A stretch of DNA of 64,000 bases. It comes from Nanobdellota archaeon. GTDB taxonomy: Archaea; Nanobdellota; Nanobdellia; Woesearchaeales; GW2011-AR9. Within the stretch, counting starts at the first letter, position 1. Every line of letters begins with the position of its first letter. Of this stretch, positions 56,920-64,000 are shown piece after piece. Made by a program: the position numbers and the translations under genes. Under the pieces are notes generated by a model. The model worked only from the letters and a program-made list of their open reading frames with translations, searched no databases and was not told where the DNA came from. The stretch covers positions 3,265 to 67,264 of the forward strand of contig JAUYPX010000018.1 of assembly GCA_030697505.1 (NCBI GenBank), given 5' to 3'.

Positions 56920-57553
56920 ACGAATTATGATACGTTGCTACTACTTTGCCGTCACGGAGTTTTTCAATCTTAGAAGGTTGTTCGATTGGCTGGTAGTCAC
57001 GTTCGACTAAGTGAGTTTTAGGATGATGACTATGAAAATTTCTTCCAAAGCCTTTTTCAGCTTCTTTTTTACCCTTTAAAATATATGCTCGAATAGTATC
57101 TCCAGCTTCAAAATGAGGCCAACCATTGAATTGTAGTTTTTGAACAAGAGGTAGTTTTTGAACAAGAGAATCACTCTTCACAGATAACTCCGTATGCAAA
57201 AAATGACCTGTCTTATAGGACGAGATAGGAGGACCACCGTAACGAACTTCTCCATCGGTAGCACGCCCAGTTCTTTGATAAAAATTAACGCTCTCAACGA
57301 CGCATTCCAAACCAACGGTTAATTCTTCTTCTGTTTTTGCTTTTGCACGTAATTCTTGGTCGTATTGTTCTGCTTTCTGTCGTGCGCTTTCAAAGAGATC
57401 ATCAAAAGTAACATCTTCAATTGGTCCAAGAATTTTATCTATCTTTTGTTTGTTTTCTTTCTCTTCATCATTAAGAGGCCCTAAAGCACTTTTTTGTTTT
57501 TTATCCACATCGAGAATGTATGGAGAATTGTTTAAATTATTTATTGTTTTCAA
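56918..57553 (-). CDS. hypothetical protein with an internal 19 bp tandem duplication
   Basis: ORF only. gtagtttttgaacaagag occurs twice in tandem (57135-57175), giving VQKLPLVQKL. Confidence 0.3.
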   Translation of the reverse strand: MKTINNLNNSPYILDVDKKQKSALGPLNDEEKENKQKIDKILGPIEDVTFDDLFESARQKAEQYDQELRAKAKTEEELTVGLECVVESVNFYQRTGRATDGEVRYGGPPISSYKTGHFLHTELSVKSDSLVQKLPLVQKLQFNGWPHFEAGDTIRAYILKGKKEAEKGFGRNFHSHHPKTHLVERDYQPIEQPSKIEKLRDGKVVATYHNS

Positions 57554-57576
57554 GAATATATCTTACTATTTACTAC

Positions 57577-59664
57577 TTACCGCACTTTCGCCCCATCATT
57601 AACCGTATGCACTCTTACTTCTTCCAAAGATGAAATCAGCTTCTTGCCGGCATAGAATACTTTACCGGCTTGTACGGTCATGTTTACTTTCAGGAATTCG
57701 TCAAAAGTTATCTCTGCATGCACATTTTCCGTACCTTCAAAGTGAACTTCTTCCCCTGGATCGAGCTTCTGCACTTCAAGAATAGAAACATGTGCGCCAT
57801 CGTCAGCAGCTAAAATCATGGCTTCACTCATCTCCCCGCGCAGTTTGGCCGGCTTCATGTTGGCGACAAAGATCGCTTTTCTTCCTTGCAAAAGATCTTT
57901 GGAGAAATGTTTCTTCAAACCGGCAACTACCTGTCTCTTACCAAGTTTGCCAAGATCAACGCTCAACAAGTACAAGCTGTCGGCATTGGAATGGTCTTTC
58001 ACTTCCAAGATTTTTCCCACGGTCAATTGCAGGGGAAAACTTTCTTTGCGGACTATTTCCACTTTGTTCACCAGCAGCGGCACTTTGTGAACTTTTCCTT
58101 TCCATCTGAAATTGATATCGCTAAAGACAAGATTCTTTTCTCCCAGGACGCTGAATACTTTTGCACTAAATTCAGGAAGCACGGGGTTGATCAGGATAGC
58201 TAAATTCCTGGCTAGATTGATGCACCAGGAAACTGCTTTCTTGGTTTTTTCATCATCTTTAGATTTCCAAGGTTCTGCTTTCTGGAAGTAGGCATTGCCT
58301 AGATCAGCAACAACTAAAATATTTTTCATGGCGGCGTGGTAGTCTTGCGCCAGGTAATTCTTCTTGATTTTTTCCGACAGAGATAATACTTTTTTAGTTA
58401 AGGCCTTGTTTTCCGCAGCCGCTGGAAGCAGAGGATAATTTTTTTCCGCGAAAGTAAGCGACCGATAACAGAAATTACCTAATTTGCCGACTAAGACGTT
58501 ATTTACGACCGCGGCAAATTCATCGAAGTTCAGGTCTACATCAACTACCTTGCGCTGCAAGTGGCTGGCATAGTAAAAGCGCAACGCTTCCGCGCCATAG
58601 AGCTTATGGAATTCTTTGGCGGTAAAAAAAGTTCCCCGCGACTTGCTCATCTTTTGGCCATTGACGGTGATAAAGCCATGCACGGTTAATTTTGGCAGAG
58701 GGATGCCCATAGCCATCAACATGGCCGGCCAGAACAAGAAATGAAAGTAGGAAATATCTTTGCCGATAAAGTGCTGTGCTTTTCCACCCTTCCAGTAATC
58801 TTCCCAAGCGCAATTTTTTTGTTTTTGATTTTGTTTACCACAATAATTCTGAGTGGAAGAGAGGTATCCGATCGGCGCATCCAGCCAGACGTAGAAATAT
58901 TTCACTTCACCGCATTCTTTCTTGCTGTCAGGAATTTCGAAACCAAAATAAGGCGCGTCGCGGGAGATGCACCAGTCTTCCAACCCTTTGTCCAGCCATC
59001 CCTTCAGCCAGTTTCTCACTTCCGGCTGTAAATCGGCCCGCTTGGAGTTGATCCATTTTTTGAGCTTGCCGGCAAATGCGCTTAATTTGAAAAAGTAATG
59101 CGGGCTGGATTTGATTTGCGGAGTTGTCCCGCAGATAGAGCATTTAGGATTAAGTAAATCCGTACCTTTCAGGACACTGCCGCAGCCTTCGCAGATGTCA
59201 CCGTACTGGTCAGCGGTGCCGCATAATGGGCAGGCGCCGCGGATATAACGATCGGGAAGTGATCTCTGGCAGCTGGGACAGTAAATAACGTCCATATTTT
59301 TTATGTAGATGTATTTCTTTTTCTTGAGCCCGGTAAAGAAGTATTCAGATAATTCTTTGTTTTCTTTGGAATGGGTCTTATAAAAATTATCAAAGGAAAT
59401 CAAAAAAGAAGCGGCATCCTGCTGATGTTCTTTCCAATACTTTTCAACAAATTTTTCCGGCTCCAGGCCTGCTTTCCGGGCATTTATTTCTATAGGGGTG
59501 CCGTGCATGTCAGAAGCGCAGATGTAGAGAACTTCTTTTCGTAAAGACCTGAGAACCCGAGCGTAAATATCTGCCTGTATAGCTTCTAAAAGAAATCCTA
59601 TATGCATAGGGCCGTTGGCATAGGGCAGCGCTGCGGTAATGACTGTCTTTGAAGGTGATTTCAT
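57577..59664 (-). CDS. metG: methionyl-tRNA synthetase with a C-terminal tRNA-binding (EMAP/Trbp111-like) domain
   Basis: ALPYANGPMHIGF (HIGH region), KMSKS as KMSKSRGT, zinc knuckles CPSCQ...CPLCG and CEGCG...CSICG, and a C-terminal OB-fold region VGKILEVKDHSNADSLYLLSVDLG. Confidence 0.85.
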   Translation of the reverse strand: MKSPSKTVITAALPYANGPMHIGFLLEAIQADIYARVLRSLRKEVLYICASDMHGTPIEINARKAGLEPEKFVEKYWKEHQQDAASFLISFDNFYKTHSKENKELSEYFFTGLKKKKYIYIKNMDVIYCPSCQRSLPDRYIRGACPLCGTADQYGDICEGCGSVLKGTDLLNPKCSICGTTPQIKSSPHYFFKLSAFAGKLKKWINSKRADLQPEVRNWLKGWLDKGLEDWCISRDAPYFGFEIPDSKKECGEVKYFYVWLDAPIGYLSSTQNYCGKQNQKQKNCAWEDYWKGGKAQHFIGKDISYFHFLFWPAMLMAMGIPLPKLTVHGFITVNGQKMSKSRGTFFTAKEFHKLYGAEALRFYYASHLQRKVVDVDLNFDEFAAVVNNVLVGKLGNFCYRSLTFAEKNYPLLPAAAENKALTKKVLSLSEKIKKNYLAQDYHAAMKNILVVADLGNAYFQKAEPWKSKDDEKTKKAVSWCINLARNLAILINPVLPEFSAKVFSVLGEKNLVFSDINFRWKGKVHKVPLLVNKVEIVRKESFPLQLTVGKILEVKDHSNADSLYLLSVDLGKLGKRQVVAGLKKHFSKDLLQGRKAIFVANMKPAKLRGEMSEAMILAADDGAHVSILEVQKLDPGEEVHFEGTENVHAEITFDEFLKVNMTVQAGKVFYAGKKLISSLEEVRVHTVNDGAKVR

Positions 59665-59708
59665 CAGCTCTTTAAAATGAAGAAGTTATTTAAAGTTTGC
59701 TGTGATCT

Positions 59709-60233
59709 TTATTTCAGGGACGGAGGCCCCGGCTGTCCAGGAGGCAGTACTATTTCACAGTTACAACCGATGGTATTCCCAGATTTATCTGCCTTACAAT
59801 TTTTGACGCTAGGCATACGTAAGTACGTTACCACTTGATCAGCTCGATTTATTTCTGTTTCACTGTCGGCATAATAACAGGAGATGGCGCTTTCAACGCA
59901 TCGAACATCGACGACTTTTAGGGATTGAAATCCCCATCCCTCTGCTAACTTCCAATGCTGTTCGGCAGCGGACTCTAAAGCGGAGGGACATTCCTGAAAG
60001 AAAATCTTTTCACCTGATCTGATAGCAGCCGCCACTTTCGCTTCTTGCGCAGACGAGGCTAACTGCCTCGTTTCTTCAACACGCTGCCGGATAGCTTCCC
60101 CAGCTATTGTCTCTAAGTCAGTAGTGCGCTGAAGAATATATGCGGTAATGCCTAGAAGGACGATAATCACAAACACGGAGACTAAAAACCAATGATGCCG
60201 GGAAGATTTTCGCACAGGTTTTTTTTGTTTCAC
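59709..60233 (-). CDS. hypothetical membrane-anchored protein
   Basis: N-terminal TM helix followed by a Cys-containing domain. Confidence 0.3.
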   Translation of the reverse strand: MKQKKPVRKSSRHHWFLVSVFVIIVLLGITAYILQRTTDLETIAGEAIRQRVEETRQLASSAQEAKVAAAIRSGEKIFFQECPSALESAAEQHWKLAEGWGFQSLKVVDVRCVESAISCYYADSETEINRADQVVTYLRMPSVKNCKADKSGNTIGCNCEIVLPPGQPGPPSLK

Positions 60234-60327
60234 TATCTGCTGCCTCTTTTAAGCGAAAGAAAAGAAAAGAGGTATTTAATGCTTTCCTCTTTGTTTTGCT
60301 GAAGTAGTATCTGGATATTTTTTCCCT

Positions 60328-60759
60328 TCACTTCTCAAATTTCTTTCCTAGATTCCATTTCTGCCCTGCCCCGCTCAACAGCAAACTTACATTCGCCAGC
60401 AGGAGAAGAAGAACGAACTCATACCCTCCATTAAGAATGGAAAATCCTTTTGGTAAATGAAACACCAGCAGGGCAGTCAGCATATCGATTGCCAATAACA
60501 AAGCCGCGTATCTGGTAAAAAGACCGAGCAATAGCGCAGCACCGCCAAGAGTTTCTACTAAAGCGACCACCCAAGCGAAGAACAGGGCAACTGGAATCCC
60601 TATGCCGACAAAAAAGTTTGCCGTTCCGCTTATCCCTAAAGCAGTAGGCCCTATGTTGAATAATTTCCCGACTCCGTGAACGAAGAAAATAATTCCTACC
60701 CCCAAACGCAGAAAAAGGGCGCTCCAAGATGCATATTTTTTAATCATTCTGTCTAACAT
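60328..60759 (-). CDS. DoxX-family membrane protein
   Basis: LFLRLGVGIIFFVHGVGKL and a four-TM topology typical of DoxX. Confidence 0.55.
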   Translation of the reverse strand: MLDRMIKKYASWSALFLRLGVGIIFFVHGVGKLFNIGPTALGISGTANFFVGIGIPVALFFAWVVALVETLGGAALLLGLFTRYAALLLAIDMLTALLVFHLPKGFSILNGGYEFVLLLLLANVSLLLSGAGQKWNLGKKFEK

Positions 60760-60853
60760 TTTTCATTACCTCCTTTTTATACTAAAAATCCTTGATTTTC
60801 GAACAGAAAATCAGGATTTTGGTATATACCAAAGGAATTAGTTTGTTCGAAAA

Positions 60854-61054
60854 CTAATTCCTTTTAGTATATTCCACCATCTCAAGTTCTTCCAAGGCAG
60901 CATCCAAATCGTCAGGATATTGCGCCAGTACCTCTTCATCGCTCGGTCCTGAAACAGGCGGCGATTCTGAAATTTCTTGCTGTTCTATGCATCCTGTAAT
61001 AATAAAACTCGAAAAGAGTAAGAGGACTATTACGAGCATTGCGGTAATTTTCAT
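60854..61054 (-). CDS. small secreted protein
   Basis: Signal peptide plus Cys (FIITGCIEQ). Confidence 0.3.
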   Translation of the reverse strand: MKITAMLVIVLLLFSSFIITGCIEQQEISESPPVSGPSDEEVLAQYPDDLDAALEELEMVEYTKRN

Positions 61055-62301
61055 GCTTCTACTTTCACCTTTTTCATCAATTCAATCCACGCTTTCCGCG
61101 CTTCCAAGATAATCGTGCGGCGCTCTTCCTTGGTTGTCGCTTGGTTAAATGCCAATTTTGATTCCTCCATCGTAACTACGAATAAAGTAACATCGTCCTC
61201 GCTTAATTTTCCCTCTTCCATAAGCTCTTCTGCCTCTTCTTCAAGGTTGTAGAGCCTGAATTTAATTAAGCCATACGCTTTCTCGCGCAGTTCCTGATTG
61301 CAGTTTTCGCGCTTTCCTGCATCTAAGGCATTGCAGTTTGCTTGTTCGGCAAGAATTTCACCTAACTTGAGCTGGCGTTTCACGCAGGCGATCCTTGAAG
61401 GGCCGTTAGGAAAATCCCAGCATTCCTGCACTGCCCTATAGACTTGTAAACAGGTTTCTTGATCACTTCTGGCTTTACATTCCTCGGGAAAGAAATTTTC
61501 ATATTCATCGGCCTGCTCTTCCCGCAATCGCAATCTGCATCGTACCCGATCAGCTAAATCAATATATCCGCCGCATTTTAGTTTCTTTCCAGTCTCTTCT
61601 ACTGCTACCGCTTTTTCCTCTTCTAACTCTTTACGGCAAGCAATCTTTGAGTAAGTGTAGTACTGGCCTATACATCGAGGATGGGAGATCTGCACTGTTT
61701 CAAGCAAGGGAAGAAGCTCTGTTTCCACGGTAAAATTATCTGATGACGTTTTGGTGATTTGGAAGTTCTTCAGCTCAGAAGAGATCGACGCTTTAGAACG
61801 CTTGAAAAGGCGCGAGGAATCCTGCTGCTTGAATTGGTATTCCAAATCTTCCGGAGATGTTCCTATACCGCCTAAGAAAAATCGAACTTTCACTTTACCT
61901 TGGATCTGCTGGCAGTCCTGCGCCTGCAACTTCATCAAGGTACAACTGAAGGCAAGACCTGGACAAGTGACATCTTTATCGCCATATTTGGGATCCTTCA
62001 CTATATATGCGCCGGCTTTAACCAACAATGCTTCATCTGAAGTAAATTTGCTGCTCCTCCAGCTGCCGGAAACTATTTTCTCATTTCCATCCGGATCGTC
62101 AATGGTAACTTCCCATTCTGCTCCACGGGTGAAACTAAGCACACCGGTGTCGCTGCATTTTAAATCAGAATAAGGGCTTGTGCTCCCCCCACCGCTGCCG
62201 CTCCCACCGCCACCACCACCTCCTCCACCGCCGCCCCCGGCGGCTAAGACTAGGGCTATGGAAAACAGAAGAACAACAACGTAAATCAATGATTTTCTCA
62301 T
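61051..62301 (-). CDS. secreted protein with an N-terminal poly-Gly tract, hypothetical
   Basis: Signal peptide followed by G13-SGSGGGS, encoded by a GGN repeat at about 62175-62250. Confidence 0.4.
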   Translation of the reverse strand: MRKSLIYVVVLLFSIALVLAAGGGGGGGGGGGGSGSGGGSTSPYSDLKCSDTGVLSFTRGAEWEVTIDDPDGNEKIVSGSWRSSKFTSDEALLVKAGAYIVKDPKYGDKDVTCPGLAFSCTLMKLQAQDCQQIQGKVKVRFFLGGIGTSPEDLEYQFKQQDSSRLFKRSKASISSELKNFQITKTSSDNFTVETELLPLLETVQISHPRCIGQYYTYSKIACRKELEEEKAVAVEETGKKLKCGGYIDLADRVRCRLRLREEQADEYENFFPEECKARSDQETCLQVYRAVQECWDFPNGPSRIACVKRQLKLGEILAEQANCNALDAGKRENCNQELREKAYGLIKFRLYNLEEEAEELMEEGKLSEDDVTLFVVTMEESKLAFNQATTKEERRTIILEARKAWIELMKKVKVEA

Positions 62302-62339
62302 TCTATCACTGCAGATTATTCCTACTGTATAAATTATAA

Positions 62340-62759
62340 CTATTTAATTTTTCCTAATATTCCCTTGATCTTTTTGAGCTTCTTGGTCACCGGTATTATC
62401 TCCTTACAATGCTGACAGGCAACCACAAATGATTGAACTCCTTTGTAATTTTTTCGTTTATATTGCGCAGTTGATTCTCCTTCCTTTCCACAGTACGGAC
62501 AAGTGTATTTGGCTTGCAACTGCAGACTTTCTTCATGTTCTTGCTTCTGTTCGATGTAGCCGCAGGCAGGACAGACATATTCTTCTGCACGGGTTTTTAC
62601 TTTTCCTTTCACGACCGGCTTGCCCATCTTGGCTTTCTTGCATTTTGGACAGTCTTTCCGATACACCCAGGCGGTAACTTCGCCGTCATCGATAGAACGA
62701 TTGGTAAAATAGATGCATTCATCCATTGATTGCGGAGTTCTTAGAGTTATATATTTCAC
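62340..62759 (-). CDS. multi-zinc-ribbon protein
   Basis: Three CxxC...CxxC pairs (CPKCKK, CPACGY, CPYCGK, CQHCKE). Confidence 0.35.
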   Translation of the reverse strand: MKYITLRTPQSMDECIYFTNRSIDDGEVTAWVYRKDCPKCKKAKMGKPVVKGKVKTRAEEYVCPACGYIEQKQEHEESLQLQAKYTCPYCGKEGESTAQYKRKNYKGVQSFVVACQHCKEIIPVTKKLKKIKGILGKIK

Positions 62760-62998
62760 CTTTCCTCTGAGATTTTATCTTCTAAACTATTTTTTATACC
62801 TTCAATACTAAAACCTCCCAGCTGATTGTTGAACACATACAATAAACCTTGTGGAGGAAAATCTTCTGTATTTAAAGAGATACTAATTACTCTAGCTTTA
62901 TATTTTTTACAAAATGGATTGACGTATAGCTTATCTTCTAGTACAAGGGAAACAAACTCATTATATTTTAGGGATGGTTCGTAGATCTCTGTTGTCAT
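62756..62998 (-). CDS. hypothetical protein
   Basis: ORF only. Confidence 0.25.
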   Translation of the reverse strand: MTTEIYEPSLKYNEFVSLVLEDKLYVNPFCKKYKARVISISLNTEDFPPQGLLYVFNNQLGGFSIEGIKNSLEDKISEER

Positions 62999-63867
62999 TC
63001 AATCAACCTTTTCACTTCAATAGATATTGCTGGTTTGTTTAACCTGATATATCTCGGACATTCGGTCCACGGCAAGTTATTATGCTTGCAGTAGTTTATA
63101 AGACTTTCTTTCTGAGAAAGTTCAAAATGCGAAGTCATTTTGTTAGTTTCTTTTTCTGTTTGATTTTTATATTTGACTACGACCACAAAACCGAGATCAT
63201 TTCTGTGGACAAGATCAAAGTTCTTCAGGTCTTTGATAATCTTTTTTCTTTTCTGGGTAAGAAACAAAATTCTTTCGGGAAGTTCCCGGATTTTTTGGAG
63301 AATTATCTTTAATGATCCTATTTCGGTTAGTACAGCTATATCCTTATTTACTTTTTCAAATAACGCTTTATCTTTGCAGGAAATAAATCCTCCGGCTTTC
63401 GCTTCCACTAACTTCCATTCTCCGAAGCTGCCTACCAAAACATCGGCATAACTGCCATCACATAATTTTGTTCCGATCGAACCAGAGACATCCATGATAA
63501 CCAGACAATTATTTGTTTGGCAGAGAGAATAGATTTCCTTCATGGGCTGTTCCGCAAAATAACCGCCTGGATTCTGGTAAAGAAGCGCGCCGCAGGAATA
63601 TTCTTTTAATTTGTTTCGCAGATCCTGCAGGTTTATTTTTGCGTCGTCGCATTTTACTTCAATAACCTTGAGGCCTAATTTTGCTGGTATCTTAGGATAG
63701 CTTAACCAGCCGCCTTCTTCAGGGATGAGAACAGTTTTATCTTTTGAAACAAGAGAAAGAGCGGCCGCTATAGCGGCATCTCCCCGAGGGGTTATTTCTA
63801 CATACTTATGACCAGTCAATTTCTGCAGTGCTGAGATTATTTCTTCTTTTATTTCTCGTCTAATCAT
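62995..63867 (-). CDS. hypothetical protein, possibly a Rossmann-like or PLP-fold enzyme
   Basis: ORF; GDAAIAAALSL and a beta-alpha pattern; no firm assignment. Confidence 0.25.
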   Translation of the reverse strand: MIRREIKEEIISALQKLTGHKYVEITPRGDAAIAAALSLVSKDKTVLIPEEGGWLSYPKIPAKLGLKVIEVKCDDAKINLQDLRNKLKEYSCGALLYQNPGGYFAEQPMKEIYSLCQTNNCLVIMDVSGSIGTKLCDGSYADVLVGSFGEWKLVEAKAGGFISCKDKALFEKVNKDIAVLTEIGSLKIILQKIRELPERILFLTQKRKKIIKDLKNFDLVHRNDLGFVVVVKYKNQTEKETNKMTSHFELSQKESLINYCKHNNLPWTECPRYIRLNKPAISIEVKRLIE

Positions 63868-64000
63868 AGAATAAAGAAAACAGCAGGTTATTTTTAATGC
63901 TTGCGGCGGAATTATTTTTTGGGTGATCTCTTCTGTTTTAGTTCTTTCATTCCCACCCCAAACTTCAGCGCCAAAACTAATCTCTGCATCACTTTTCTTT

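Noticed and set aside
57577-59664. MetRS HIGH motif reading HIGF instead of HIGH/HLGH as evidence for an inactive enzyme
   Set aside because: Class I synthetase HIGH motifs tolerate substitutions at the last position. The KMSKS motif, zinc knuckles and anticodon-binding domain are intact, so no basis to call it a pseudo-enzyme.

Overview
This 64 kb window is AT-rich (about 38-40% GC), gene-dense, and reads as archaeal, most likely from a small-genome DPANN-type archaeon. Every call below rests on motif reading by eye; no searches were run.

Archaeal markers:
- Eukaryote/archaeal-type housekeeping genes: prefoldin alpha next to ftsY, a TFIIS-type zinc-ribbon factor (TFS/RpoM), Taw1/TYW1, archaeal-type MtaB, a ZPR1 zinc finger, and the archaeal DUF2072/DUF2073/GTPase trio.
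- A tRNA whose mature sequence only assembles after removing two non-canonical introns.
- TATA boxes centred about 26 nt upstream of several start codons, consistent with leaderless mRNAs.

Housekeeping content: ileS, metG, ftsY, pfdA, tfs, taw1, mtaB, thyA-folA-tmk-like, signal peptidase I, xth, a Lon-like S16 peptidase, an S1 protease and a TldD-like peptidase.

Accessory content: many secreted proteins and lipoproteins, including three very large surface proteins (one with a pilin-like class III signal peptide); four toxin-antitoxin-type modules (HepT, DUF4258 with an AbrB-type antitoxin, RelE with its antitoxin, HEPN with MNT); a LAGLIDADG/HTH protein; and a three-member family of unknown ~175 aa proteins.

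Most unusual observations:
1. A complete bacterial-type sigma-70 gene (regions 1.2, 2, 3 and 4 all recognisable) sits in this archaeal context. It is co-oriented with a membrane-anchored winged-HTH protein and ileS.
2. That 11.4 kb segment is bracketed by two ~272 bp highly structured repeats in inverted orientation (28626-28897 and 40277-40548). Diverged partial copies lie at ~7.2 kb and ~23.3 kb.
3. Two diverged copies of a ~125 nt element (22897-23017 and 56794-56919) keep a 10-11 bp closing helix through compensatory base changes, which suggests a structured ncRNA.
4. A 623 bp toxin-antitoxin cassette is flanked by perfect 29 bp direct repeats that duplicate the 5' end of the neighbouring gene.
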